A stretch of 63,881 bases of DNA, counting the filler, from Platydemus manokwari (lineage: Eukaryota), in NCBI GenBank assembly GCA_037951405.1. It is 6 parts of 6 records of this genome, joined end to end, with 100 filler letters (N's around TTAATTAATTAA, not from the genome) between each part and the next. Parts side by side here need not be neighbours in the genome. Positions count along the whole stretch, not along the records: positions 20,992 to 34,055 come from JBBMOY011855833.1; positions 34,156 to 43,279 come from JBBMOY011275539.1; 4 more parts are not named here. One strand, 5' to 3'. The position numbers and the translations under genes are program-made. The notes under the pieces were generated by a model. It searched no databases, had not been told where the DNA came from, and was given only the letters and a program-made list of their open reading frames with translations. This document shows positions 28,171-42,140 of the stretch, one piece after another; the first letter of the stretch is position 1, and the number at the start of each line of letters is the position of its first letter.

Positions 28171-31100
28171 TCGTTTCATTTTCACATTCTTTCATCTTCA
28201 AAAATTGTCGAATATGAATTATATTTTAATGTAAAGGATTCAATGCGATGAATGTCAAGATAATAATGTATTCAGCATATCAAATATATGATTTGCTATT
28301 TATAATATGGGGATATAATCATATAATATTTAAAAATAAAATCTATTCGAAACTAAAGAATAGAATTGGATAAATTTATTGATTAATCAGGACATACAAT
28401 GAAAATGTGATAGCATATTACTTATTAAAATACAACAAACCAACTTTATAATAAAGCAATAACAAATATCTTGACATAATAATGAAAGATTGATGAGAGA
28501 GATTAGAAATAACAGATATATTCATTCATAATATATTATTCTATTATCATATTATCAATGGATAACCAAATGTTATAAATAGATCTACTTCCAATGATAT
28601 TTTAAACTTTTAACATTTAGTCATTTCTACAATTTTCTTAAGTTTTACTTAATACAAACAAGCAAAACAATTTTTAAACAAATTTAAATTATTTTTAAAA
28701 ATCACAACAATTATTATAATTACCGTTTATTAACTGATATATTTAAAACTAATCGATATATTTATCAATAATCAATTAATTATTTACACTGATTTCATAA
28801 CTTGCTTTACACATTATTATAAATCAGTTGAAATTTTCAAAATGCGCCATCTTACAATAAACTCTTGAAAAAATATTGAAAATTATATCAGCTTATCATG
28901 TGTAAACACAATTTAAATGATCACATCTATTTCTTATGGCAGTTCTAATTACTACAATCAATTCTCACTTATCGATTTGATAGATAATTTCAGATCTCAT
29001 TTATCTTATTTCAAGATAACAATGAAACACAAATATTGTAGCTTAAAGAAAGATAATTCTTCAAGCAATGAAACTGAGTGATATAAATAATTGCTGGTCA
29101 TAAATTTATATAAATATTCTTTTACATTTACTTTTATATCTGTGATGATTTTAAAAATTATTACCAAATTAATTATAAATGATGAAATTTCATTTCAAAA
29201 CAAATTAAAATACTTATTTCTTTCAAATATATACCTGCTATGGTCTGTTAAATATACACTGTTAAATACACAGGATTCTCCAGAATAATCGTGTAAATCC
29301 TTATTATGCTTTATTTATGAGAAACCGACTCGAAAACACATAACTAACAGACACGCTGACTATATTTGAAAATAAAAGAAAATTATCATTTTCTCGCTTT
29401 CAATGATAGAGAAAACAAAACGATGATGCACTTCCTATTTAATTCAGATCACTTTCATATCAACACAAAAACATTTTAACATCTCTGTCTCTAAATCAAA
29501 ATTAGAAGTCGAATTAATTTTATAAGTTAATATAAATTCTCCAAATTGAAAATGTTTAATAAGGATAATTTAAACAAAATATCATTAATAAATAATTATA
29601 TTAATCAATTATAAACTTAATCAATAAAATGACAAAGAAATTTCTTAGAAAACTATCTTTATTTATCTCATCATTTATGACTTTGATAAAATAAATCATC
29701 CTTGAAGGAATTCATCAGTGAATATTTAAATATTTAATGAAACTATTGTTGAAAATATAGATACGGGCTTTATCAACAATGATCTAAGAAAGAAAATAAA
29801 TTATCAATTTATTAATAACGACCACAACATTTCAAAATAACATTAATATGATTAATATATGAAAAATAATAATAAATAACAATTTATTGATTACTATCGT
29901 TCCAACAATCAATTCATTTGTTTAATGATTGTATTTCATAAACCATCCATCATAAACACCAAACGGAAACAAAGAAAACGAAACAATTAGAAGGAAGAAA
30001 TTGTGAATTTTATTTTCAAATGCAATTCAACTTGATAAAACAATACAAATTCCAAAATCAATAAAAACAAATATCGTGTATTTCAAAATGTATTGAATAA
30101 ATTCATTTTATATCATAATATATTATCATAATAATGACTTAATAATTTATTTTATATTTTTAAAATAAATAAATCAGTAATAATTTATTAATTTTAACAT
30201 AGATATTTACTGATATTTGACACCTGAAAGAACATTTAGATTTTCAAGCATTAGCCTATTTCATTCAGAACCGAAATTAAACAGACTTCTAATTTTCGAT
30301 ATTGACAATTTTAGTTTTTTAGTATTAAACGACAACTTTAAAATCATATTGAAATGATATACATTTATAATGATTTCATAATTTTATTTTAAAATTATTT
30401 TGTAAAAAATTATTTTAAAAATTATTTCAAAAATTAAAATCAAATTATTTAATATTTAATTTATTGATTTTTATTGTATAATTAATTGATTGGATAATTT
30501 TGTTATATCGTATGAATATTATGTCATATTAAAAGTCAATATCTTAATTATTGATCTTTATAAGAAAATAATTGATTTATTAAAAAATTGTTTTCCTTGA
30601 AATTAAAAATAAATTATTTATATAAAAATGAAATTGATTTACTGAATAAATTATGTGAAATTAATAATCAATAAATTATTTATTTCGAACTAATTAATGA
30701 GTTCATTTATAATCAAGAATGAATTGTTTTCATTTTATTTTCTTAATTAAATTGATTTTTAATTTATTTCTATTTTCATACAATACAAACTTGATTGGAT
30801 ATAAAGTTAAAAAATTACCCAATTATTCAAATTGTTTATTTTATGACGTCATACAATTTTTCATCACATCATCATAGTCTTTGTTTCATCCATTTGTTCC
30901 AACTTGTAAGCCTTCGTTATTTCATCTAATTGATAAATAACATCGTCTATAATAGTGGCTATAAATACCAATGAAATTAGTTTAATTTATGGATTACAGA
31001 TGGAAATGAGAGTTCGACAAATCCTAAAGAAGTAAAAAAAGAAAAGAATTAGAGATTATATATTTTCAAATTAGATTCTGGATTCCAATAAAATATCTGA

Positions 31101-34055
31101 TCAAGATAAGTAGTAAATATCGTCAATAATCTGTATAAAATGTTAAATTTATTCAACAATATCAAAATTGAAGATAGACGTTAAACAGCCATGCACGAAA
31201 ATGAATATTAGTTTGAAAAGAAATTTTCCTACTTTTTCAAAATAATTTTATTATCAGTGTGATGATTATTTTGACAAAATCAATTGACAAAATATTTAGA
31301 AAGCCCTTTCAGATTACTTTGAATTAATTATTGAAACATTTAAAAGTACAAATTAAGAATTATAAGTCTGATGATTATTTTGAAATTATCTTAATAAAAA
31401 CAATAAATAAACTTCAATATATTAATTATATAAAAATATTTATATATAAAGTTTTATTTAAGTCAGAAATTATAAATTCAATTTTATATAAACATTTTGA
31501 AAATTAATTTAAAATTATGCAATTTAATTTATTTAAACGAATGATGTTTGAAATATAGTTAATGTGTTATCGAGTTAAGAAATATAATTGCAATATTGAA
31601 TAAATGAATCGAATGAAAGACATGTTTTCAAAAAATTTAATATATAGCAAATATTAATTTAAATAATTTGATCCTAAAATTAAAAAAGATATTTTTGATT
31701 TTATTTCCTAGTTTATTTTCTAATTTGTTATTATTACTTTTGAAACCTTTTTATAGTTCAAATGAATATGTTAGGATAAACTGATAAGGAGCATGATAAA
31801 TAAAGGGTCCTAAAAAACTTCCAAACTCGATATAATTTAAACTCTAAAAATTACATGTCATTGATAATCCTCGTGGTGCTGATCTAGTATGTATTAATGT
31901 AAAGTCTTTGCTCAAAATTTGTTTACAAGTATTTCTAATTATATGTTTCGCTCAATAAAGACGTCTGGATTAACTTTGTTTGAAATAAAATTATGTTTAT
32001 TGATTTTCAACAATTCACATTCTAATTAATCTAACAAAACAATTATTTTTATAAGTTGCGTGTTTCAATATTTTTACTTTTTCATTATTTTTATCATTAT
32101 AAAATGATAATTAAAATCAATATTTTATCCATTATGTTTTGAGAACTCAGTGATTATTATCTGAATAAGAATTATTATTGGCAATGTTTGGATCAGCCAT
32201 GAATATATTGACAAAATATTTTAAAAAACATGTCAGATTACATAAAAAATTTAATTTTTTGATTTTAATAAATAAATAATTTTATAATCATTATAAAAAC
32301 GATAAATATCTAAATAAATTAGCCAATTATTTCAACATTACTGGTAAAGCAATGCTTAAAATGCTCTCTAATGAAATATTAGTTCAGAGGAAACCATTTC
32401 ATCAATGCTTTTAATAATCAATTACATCTCACTGAATTTATTTTTCCTAAAATGAAATAATATATTTTTATTTTCAAATTCTAAAATTATTAATTATAAA
32501 TTGAAGATTAAAATGATAAAATAAATGACTTTAATTTCCAAATTCGACTCAATATTTTTTTTTCTCATTTGATCAATGAGTTAGAAATATTTTTGTTTCA
32601 TTTATATCGAAATCATATGATTACAACTTTCAAGCGATATTTTTTGATTCAGATTAATTATCGATTTTTAAAATGTTCGTTGAGTAATTTTAGAAAATTA
32701 TTTCTCTCGAATGGATATTTTAATTCTTGTTATTAATGAAAGATTTAGGAATTATCCGCAACAATCGATATTTTGCTATTTTGTTGCAATTGTGAAATCT
32801 ACACATGACAGAATCTGAGAAACAAATTTGAAACCCAAATATTTAGAGCCCGATTAAACCAAAAATAATTTCCCAATTATTGTGTTGCTCATAAGTTTTT
32901 ATTTATTATTTTATTTTTCATTTTTATATCAATATAAGTGTATTATTTGTGTATTATTAATTGTGATATTAATCAATTTATTGACAAAACCAAACAAAAC
33001 TCAATACATCACATGATGGCATAATAAAAGAGATTCTAAAATTATCTCTAACCACACATATTTATAATATTTATATACTTCATATTTCTTTGAGTTCATT
33101 CCAGTGATAATGACCGATAATTGATTATTATTATTAGATGTGTATTTTTAAAATTGTTGTGTTAATTTTTTATTTTATTTTAACTTTATTATTTTATTTA
33201 TTAAATTTAAATTAATTTTAAAGATATTTTAATTTTAATTTTTAAGTAAATTTAAAAATAAACAATAATTAAAATAATATATAATCAAGTTACAATTTCA
33301 ATAACTTATTTATTGATGAAACAACTAAAAAATAATTAAGTAATTTAATAATGAAATAAAACAGAAATTATTGTTAAATCCTTCAATTTTATTGGCTCAG
33401 GAAACTCAGTTGTAATTATAAATATAAATGGTTTATATCACACATTTATTTATTTGATCTCGAACTGTCAATACATATTTTATTGATTTTCGGAAGATTT
33501 TTCTAACAAATCACCTAATTAAATTTAATCACAAAATACTAAAATCAAATCTTATTTATCATATTTATTTATTCATAATTTATTTAAAATATATCGAGAA
33601 TATTCAGATTCAATAAATTCAATGATTTCATTCATTATTTTCGCTTACATCATTTTCTATAGAAACATCTTCCACATACATCATTTCATATTTTCAATAG
33701 AATCTATATATGCACCCGTATGTATTCCTTAACATATGCTTTTTTCTCGTTCGAATTAAATGAAAAGTATTATTTTATAAAAGTTTCAACAGATAATCTG
33801 TAAACTCAAATAATCTATTATTCATATGCCTTTCGATCACATGTCCCATAGAGATTTCATCAAACAATAACATCTATGTAAATGCTGTTTTAATTCTCAT
33901 GTCGAATTTCAATCACCAGATCAATACATCATTGCGGATTAATCATAAAACACTTGAATGAAATTTTAAAAACATGTTTTTTATCTTTCACATTGATAAT
34001 GACTTTATTTCTTAAATATTTATCAATTACTTTGAATGTTTGATTGATTATATAT

Positions 34056-34155
34056 NNNNNNNNNNNNNNNNNNNNNNNNNNNNNNNNNNNNNNNNNNNNT
34101 TAATTAATTAANNNNNNNNNNNNNNNNNNNNNNNNNNNNNNNNNNNNNNNNNNNN
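34056..34155. other. Assembly gap linker
   Basis: N-TTAATTAATTAA-N 100-nt spacer. Confidence 0.98.
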
Positions 34156-34314
34156 ATAATATTGGTAATAGTTATAAAATTAATTATCCGATAATATATT
34201 ATTTTTAATGGCAATGAAATGATAGTCACAATAATATAAAGCATAATAATACATTAACAATAAGGGGATTAATGATAATAAAGATTTCATTAAAACAAAA
34301 CAAAATTTTTTTAC

Positions 34315-35047
34315 TTCTTCCTCATTTATTAATTTGTAGTCTAAATAAACCAACTGTGACAGAAAAGCCAAAACAACAACTCGAAAATCATCATGCTTGC
34401 AGCAAGGATTTCCCGACAAATTTAGTGCTTTCAGATTTTTGAAAGCTCTTAAATATTTCAGCTGAAAAATAATTTCTTAATAAATTATTGATTTGAAATA
34501 AATATTTTCATCACATTTTCCAGATCATCAAGCAAATTATTACCGATTGACAAAACCTGCAATTTTGTCAAACATTCTAAATTCTCGATTTTCGAAATCC
34601 GATTATTGTATAACGTTAGATCTTCTATATTGACAAGACTTTCTATTCCTTCTATTTTCTCAATGTTATTGAAAGATAAATCTGTCACGGGATTATTTCA
34701 GATAAAATAACACAGTCCAAATTTACCAAGCCATTTAAGATGAACTAAGTGATTCAATCCTGATAATTTTTCTATAATATTATTGTCGAGTTGTAATTTG
34801 GTCAAATTTTTGAACCACCGTAAATTATCAATTTCCAAGATATCTGATATAAAAACATAATATGCGAAACTGACGAGTTTAACGTACTTTTATAACTGAG
34901 TCTCAAACTCTCAACTTTTTCATATGACAGTCCTTCGATCTTTGCGATTTGACCGGCAATACCTTTAGGACCTTGTTCATATACTGCCGCTGTGAGCATT
35001 TCGTCAGTTATAACTGACGGTTCTATTGTATCATACAAGCGGCTCAT
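34315..35047 (-). CDS. DRC3: Dynein regulatory complex subunit 3 (LRRC48), first four exons; the 3' part is lost at the gap
   Basis: MSRLYDTIEPSVITDEMLTAAVYEQGPKGIAGQIAKIEG...NILEIDNLRWFKNLTKLQLDNNIIEKLSGL...DLSFNNIEKIEG...LSGNPCC...LVYLDYKLINEEE matches the DRC3 N-terminus and its LRRs. Introns are short GT-AG. Confidence 0.92.
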
Positions 35048-36182
35048 TTAATTTATTTTATTATTTAAAAAGAAGAAATGTTTGGTAGTTAAGGTAGATA
35101 TTATTTAAACAACAAAATTTTAAAAACTAATATATTTATATAATTTAATAAATTGAAAAATAAATAATACCGTTGAGAAGTTATAATATTTACTTGTTTA
35201 GTTGGTTTTCTGATCATTTAATAAGGGGGATATTGCATTGAATATGATAACATTCGATTGTTTATAATAAAAACGAATTTTAATTTTTTTTCAATGAATA
35301 TCTAAATCATTAATATAGCCCAGGTGGCAATATTTTCAAGAAAATTATTTTAAAAACATTTTTACATAATGTTTAGTATTTTAATTTAAATTTATAATGT
35401 AAATATTATAAAACCAGTATTCAGGGCTCGATTATCGTTATAATCGCTTATTTATAATATGATATTGAGTTTCAAACATTCGATCTATTACTATTTGTGC
35501 ATTCGTGTATTCTTCTAAGTATTTTCATCTACACACACGTATATATAAGAAAGTATATGGTATAAATTTTTATCATTTTCATCTTTCCACAGCTTAAGGC
35601 TTAATATGACATATGTAACTCTTTTAATTTTCAAAGTAAAAGTCCGATCTGTCAATATCTGATAAATATAATTGCCTAATTTTTCGTTGATATATCCCAT
35701 ATACCAAAAGTAATTCTTTACACATTTGTAGTGCATATTTACATCTCACAACCCAATAACCCTTTAAGGGAAATCTTCATTCCTCACTAGTTATTTATAA
35801 TAAATTACATTTCCACACCAATTTCAATCATATCAATCAATCTCAATTCAAATCAATCATCCAAATTTCATTCTTCGATCGTTATCAGTTCTCTCACTGT
35901 CTATAGTCACTATCTGACAACTATTTATTTATCTACTAATAATAGTATTTCCAACAATTTCTACTTATTGAGATATTTTATAAACAATTCTGAGAGTCAC
36001 AATCAAACATAATTCAACACTATTCATTTAAAAATCTGTACCAATAGGTTTTATAAATTATTAATTTCATATTGTAACTATAATCTCGTGCTATCACGGT
36101 TGTCTTAAATAAGTCTCTGAGTTTCTATAATAAAGGTGCTACGGGTGCAATTAAAACTTTGTATTTCAATATCTGTCTTCGC

Positions 36183-37060
36183 TGTTGTGGCGAACTAACC
36201 CGACCATTTTTGACCCAACCAAATTAACCAAAAATAAATATAAATAGATATAAATTTTTTTTTCAAATTAAGTTCCAATTTAAGAAAACAATAAGGGCAA
36301 AAATTATAAATTTATCATAAAAAATTATTTAAAGAAAAATATGTTTTAATAAATCAAAAAATTATATTTGTTTGACTGCTCCAAACAGCTAAATTATAGT
36401 TTCGACCTCAAGGTCATTTGAGAAACAATCAGCCATTCTCTTTTTAGCAACTACGACAGTTCTAGAAATAAACTACCCCAATTTAGGATCTTTATCGACT
36501 AAATTTGTGGGTTGTTACTATTTTTGGAACTGACGTGTAAAGTGTTGCTAATAATAGAGAAAATAGCTGACGTTGCAAACACAGCAGTTAGGCAAGTATA
36601 TAAGCCACGATCAACAGTCAGTTGACGCACAATTACGATTTTCACCTATTCAGCGAAGTTTTGTTACAAAGCAAGTTTTTTCCAAGAAGTTATTTATTGC
36701 ACAAACTCGACTATTATTTTATACATCTAATTTTTACAAGAAGCAAATTTTTTCCGAGAAATTATTCATTGAACATTTGCACATTGAAGCTCAATTCCGA
36801 AGCAAATTTTGTATGATAATTCAATTTAGTAGGCCAATTTTCATTGAAGATTTTTTCCCGAAGATATTATGATGCACGGCTATTATTAGTCTTGAGGTCT
36901 TCTAAAATCACATAGGCTCTCGCTTAAAAAGTTCCCCACTTTCAACTTTTTGTCACGAGAGGCTTATCCGAGCACCTAAGCGGTACGCCCTTTACTGTTT
37001 TCTTGACATACATTTCCTTCTTCCGACAATAGCGATCACAGCCTTGAGTTATTTAAACTA
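36183..37060 (+). repeat. LTR-like or repeat-derived segment with internal imperfect direct repeats
   Basis: Begins TGTTGTGGCG and contains 3-4 diverged copies of AAGCAARTTTTTTCC.AGAA.TTATT.ATTG at about 36670-36875. The overlapping ORFs are non-informative. Confidence 0.35.
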
Positions 37061-38941
37061 TTGTATTAGATTCATTTTGATTTTCAATATATTTTATTTT
37101 GTCTTATTTTACTGCTGGTTATTGAATTTTATTTTATTATCATTTATATTTTAAATAATATTTTAATTATAATCACCCGAATGTCTAGCAACAACAACCT
37201 CTTATCTGTTTGGAATCCAGATAAGTTGGAGATTTAGGGTAATCATATTCTGGGAAATTAATAGCTTTAAAAAATCCTTCTGATATTATGACATTAATCG
37301 AAATTTTTTTACAAATTCTGCATTTGTAATCTGAATTTATTACTATTATATAAATACCTGTCAATCTTTAACAATTGTTATGAAGCTGTTACAGATTGGA
37401 ATCAAGCTCAAAATCAACAATATCATCTCTATCATCCTTATCTTCAGCATATCAGAAGATCAAGCCCCAATCGTCTCAATCAACCTCCTAATCAAGCCTA
37501 CATTTTGTAAATCTGACTCTTTAATCTTGCATGATTTTTATTTATTAATGTGAAAAAAATGTATATATGATTTACGTGAACAAATTTTATGTAAAAAGAA
37601 AAAATAAAAATTATAAAAGTGCAAGTTATATATTATATATCAAAACAATAATTATATTTCAAAAACCACAATAATTGAGAAACAATATTAATAATAATTA
37701 TTATTATTTTGAGGAATAAAATTATATAAATTATAATCGTGGGCGAAAATTAATTAATTAAATTTCAGGCGTATTTGTGAGCGAAAATTGAAATTTTAAA
37801 TGTAGGAGGAAAAGGAAAAGATTATGAATAATACGGGTAAAAAATAAATTAAAATTATTAATCTAGGCGGATTTGTGAAATAATTTTAATATCCAATAGG
37901 GAAAAAGAAAATAATAATCTAAAACGATTATTCAGAATCCGTCCTAGAAAACATTATATAATGAATGGAAAAATCACTAATTTCACTGACAAAAATTACT
38001 AGAAGAACTAGACAATTTTTTAACGAAATAAATAAAATTGAAGAAATCAACAAACGTTAACTAGGTGTGACATATTTGAAGACAAAAAGTGTTATTTGAG
38101 TTTGCGAATGACGGGATAAAGAATATTTGATGGTCCCGCCCATATTATTGAACACATATTATCATCTAAAATCTTATATCAACGCAAAGGAGGTTCCATA
38201 TCTGAGGGTTCCTTTGTTGAGCACTCATTTCTTAATCTGCGTGTTGCATAAACTGAGATTTTGTTTGTTTGAGTAAATAATGTCGTTTGAATTTTGAAGG
38301 GATTTTATCGTAGTCGAGTTTAAAAATATTTATACATTGTTATAAAAGAAAGAACACTTTCACGTATTTTTTGGTAATTAAGGCATGATTTCAAATATAC
38401 CTTTATCTTGTTTATCTTAAATATACCAATATCTTTGTTTAATAGAGGAACTATTTTTTAATGATCTTGTTTGAATGACAGCAACTAAAATTTATTCACA
38501 AATTATTGAAATTCCTTTTCAAACCAAGACAAAAATAAAAATCATAAATAGCGAAATTCGTGAATTGAAATTCTGATTCTAGTTGATTGTTAATGATTGC
38601 ATGGAATGAAGGATAGATCATCAAAATAGAGATTACAACGTTAACTAAGACTCAATCAAATCGTTAATAGCTGATGTGTCGATCACGGTGCGGTACTTTA
38701 AGCTAAATACTTAAGTACAATGATTACTTTTGAATTTACATTATAAATTTATGTAACAAAATGACAAACTCTTATAATTCTTATATTCATTTTTTAACTT
38801 AAGTATAATTAAGATAATCATTTTCAATAATAAGATAATTATTAATGGGGATAATTTTTGTTCAATAACTAAATAATTTTAAAACCAAATATTTTAAATA
38901 ATAACCTAATTTGTTTTAAAAATGTTTAAATTTGCTTCGTA

Positions 38942-39718
38942 ATGAGTGATACTTTAAATGATATCTCTCTTTGCAAATCGAAAATCTCGCTTCCATGCAA
39001 AAAGAAAATCAAAAGAAATGAAGATGATGATAATAATACCATTTCACCCATGAAAAAAGCAATAAAAGTTTATAATTTTTGATATTAACTAATTATTATA
39101 ATTAACTAAAATTTAATATTTATTAGAGTTAATTAGAAGTTTTATGAAATTGGTTGTTTAGATCGAAGATTTGAATACATCTGAATTAAGTGAATCATTT
39201 AAAGGTGATGAAGAGATAGAAGATGATGAGGATGATTTCATTGCACTTAAAGATGACTTTAGTACAGATGTGAATAAAGAATTAAAACGTGTCGAGGATA
39301 GGAAGCAGGTAGCTTTAATAGCTCATTTCAATGAAGAGCAATTAAATAGATTTGAAATGTATCGTCGAGCAACTTTTGCCAAGGCTACAGTTAAACGCGT
39401 AAGAGTGAATTTAATCTAACAGAATCTATATTATTTAGTTGATGCAATCAGTGACATCTACTACAATTACTCAAAATGTCATTATTGCTATGTCTGGAAG
39501 TGCCAAAGTGTTCATAGGAGAAATTATAGAGGAAGGTATGCATTATTTAGATGAAAATTTATGTTTAAAATTATATAGCTTTGGACCATCGAGACAGCTT
39601 GAAGGAAACAGGGGCTTTACAACCTAAGCATATTAAAGAATCTGTTAGAAGATTACAAAACAAGCACTTGATACCTGCTAAAAAACCAGCCTGTCGATTC
39701 AATCATTTAAACTTGTAG
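38942..39718 (+). CDS. TAF11: Transcription initiation factor TFIID subunit 11, 4 exons
   Basis: Exons 38942-39067, 39162-39398, 39439-39535 and 39579-39718 give ...[83 protein letters not shown], the TAFII28 histone fold. Confidence 0.95.
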
Positions 39719-39845
39719 ATTATTGTAATAAAATTATTCACTAGAAGTTTTGTTAGTTTAATTTCCATTTTTGAATAAAGTATAAAACTTTTGATAAATT
39801 TTTAAAATCACAATTCAATCAATAACTTTATTACAATACAAATCT

Positions 39846-40694
39846 TTAATAGAACATAGGAGGTGCAAAATCATTATTCCTGACATCCTTTAACTTTTCA
39901 AATTTTATAGGTTTTTTACCTCTATCCCATTCTCTTTTATTTTTTGTTCTACTATTTGATCTTATATTTGTGAGAAAGTCATCAATAGTAGTAGACACAC
40001 ATTCTTCAGAATCTTCAGCAACTTGAAATTTAGGTAATAAATCGTCAACTGAAACATCAACTTCATATTTTTCCTTAATTTTTTGTAAACGTTGTTGTAG
40101 TTTTTCCTTTTCGGCCTCATTGATTTTATTTAGATTAATTTTTTCTTTTTCGATTTCGAATTGAAATTTCTTTAATTCATTTAATTGCTCCTTCCTTTGA
40201 TTAATATTTGATGAGAATTTATAATAACCAGTACCATGTTCTCGGATTTCCGTATTTAACACATTTGTATAATAACTAGGTTCATCTTCGTCAGAGACTT
40301 TATTAACCATAGCACCTTGGATTTCGTTAATTGTGATATCTTTACACTGTTTAAAATATTCATTGTTTTTCGTATAATGATCAGATTTTTTAACAAAATC
40401 CACCAAATAGTCATCATGAAATGAATCTTTTTGATCAGACAATTCTTCATACAATTTGGACTTTCTTTCTAAATTTTCCAAAGTTTTCAGGTAATCTAAA
40501 TCAGTATCTTGTTTTAAATTAATGTCAATTTTTTGCTTTTTATGCCTTGTTGGAATTACAACAGATTCAACTTTAGACTGTTTGAAAGAATACAAGTCGG
40601 TATTACTCAGTTTAGCATTACATTTAGACTGAGCTTCTGCTTTACGTTTGCATAATTCTGATTTTAATGTTATAAGGCTTGATATATTAGACAT
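39846..40694 (-). CDS. CCDC174: Coiled-coil domain-containing protein 174 homolog, single exon, 282 aa
   Basis: Motifs SSLITLKSEL.KRK, LERKSKLYEEL, YLVDF, EIREHGTGYYKFS, REWDRGK and RNNDFAPP occur in the CCDC174 family order. The first ATG is at 40694. Confidence 0.82.
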   Translation of the reverse strand: MSNISSLITLKSELCKRKAEAQSKCNAKLSNTDLYSFKQSKVESVVIPTRHKKQKIDINLKQDTDLDYLKTLENLERKSKLYEELSDQKDSFHDDYLVDFVKKSDHYTKNNEYFKQCKDITINEIQGAMVNKVSDEDEPSYYTNVLNTEIREHGTGYYKFSSNINQRKEQLNELKKFQFEIEKEKINLNKINEAEKEKLQQRLQKIKEKYEVDVSVDDLLPKFQVAEDSEECVSTTIDDFLTNIRSNSRTKNKREWDRGKKPIKFEKLKDVRNNDFAPPMFY

Positions 40695-41547
40695 TAAAAT
40701 AATTACAATCAAAATCAATCAATAATTTAAATTCATTTGTATTATACAAACAAAGCAAATCAAGCAAAATATTTTTAGTTCGTAATGAAATGAAAATTAT
40801 GTATAAAAGTTCAAATTTCATTTTTAAAATTATTTAATTAGAATTGAAATATATTGTAGCACCATTTTATTGGAAAATAAATTTGTATGCTTTTATATTA
40901 AAATTTTATGATTTGCTAGTATTGTTTTAAATCAAAAATCTGGTTATTTGTTTCTTATTTATCATAATTCAATTAGTAAATATTGATTGTTTCGATTCAT
41001 TATTGACCTATTTGAAATTATATCTTATCGATCTTATTATTTATTTACTCATTTTAATCACAAATAAGTGTTTTAATTTTTTCGAGGCACACTATTGAGT
41101 AGATATGCTTTTATCATAATATTTTTACAAATTGACCTTTTAAAATTAGAAAATACATTTTATTGTTTAATTGTTACAAAAATTTTACAGAGCTCATTTA
41201 AAACCCTCAGAACATAACAACTGGTGAGTCCGATAGGAGACTTAGAAAGTATGGAAAAAACTAATATAAACTTGTGTCACAAAGCTTGAAAAATAGTCTT
41301 CGCCTTCACAAACTTAATATTATTAAAGCCTACAATGTCCTAAAATCCTCAACTCAAGTTCGTCTGGAAGGTTGACATGGATGATGGTAGATAAATATTA
41401 CATTATTAGATTATCTGAAATTATCTGACTATTTTGACATTATTGGTTTTTTTAATTTTGAAAATTAATCTAAAATTGTTTGATTAGTTATTATTTTGTA
41501 AATGTGTGAATTCTATTTGCTTTCTGAAAAATCCTAATAAACAAATG

Positions 41548-42140
41548 TTATGTATAATATTTGAAATATTGTAATGAAATATTGAAGATCCGGTCTTGAT
41601 GGCGTGTTTCATTTATTCGTAACCCATGCATATTAATTCTTCGTACAAACAATACTTCAAAAAGAGAATGTTGAATTGAACTTTGATATGTTGCATTGAC
41701 GACGAATTCTATCCGCGGTATTAATTTATCCCAAACCTGTTTCTCTGATGTCATCGTTGTCACTATCATGTCATGGACCGTTCTAATAATCCTTTCGGCT
41801 AAGCCATTTGCCTGATTTTGGTATGGGGAGGTAAATTCTTGTTTTATTCCAAATCGAGTTGCTAATTCTTTCATTTCTTTTCATTCGAAGACTTCCCCGA
41901 TCAGTGAGCATTGATTTTGGAGTACCATACCTATTTATTTATCGATGATAGCCTTCGAAATACTTGTTTCATCTTGTCGAATAAGTGGCACCAAGCTTAC
42001 TAACTTACTGAATCTATCTACAATTACCAACAAATATCTGGTTTTAGTCATAAATTCCCCAAAGTGCGCAACATCAACAACGATCTGTTCTAAAGACCCG
42101 GACTCTTCCCTGCGAATCATAATCTATTTAGTCCGTACCT
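41548..42140 (-). mobile_element. Decayed Gypsy LTR retrotransposon integrase (rve) fragment
   Basis: EQIVVDVAHF...YLLVIVDRFSK...YGTPKSMLTDRG...FGIKQEFTSPYQNQANGLAERIIRTV is a D,D,E integrase core broken by a stop and frameshifts. Confidence 0.9.

Noticed and set aside
36573-36875. Spaced imperfect repeats and two overlapping ORFs, superficially CRISPR-like
   Set aside because: The context is eukaryotic, the repeats are diverged and irregularly spaced, and there are no cas genes.
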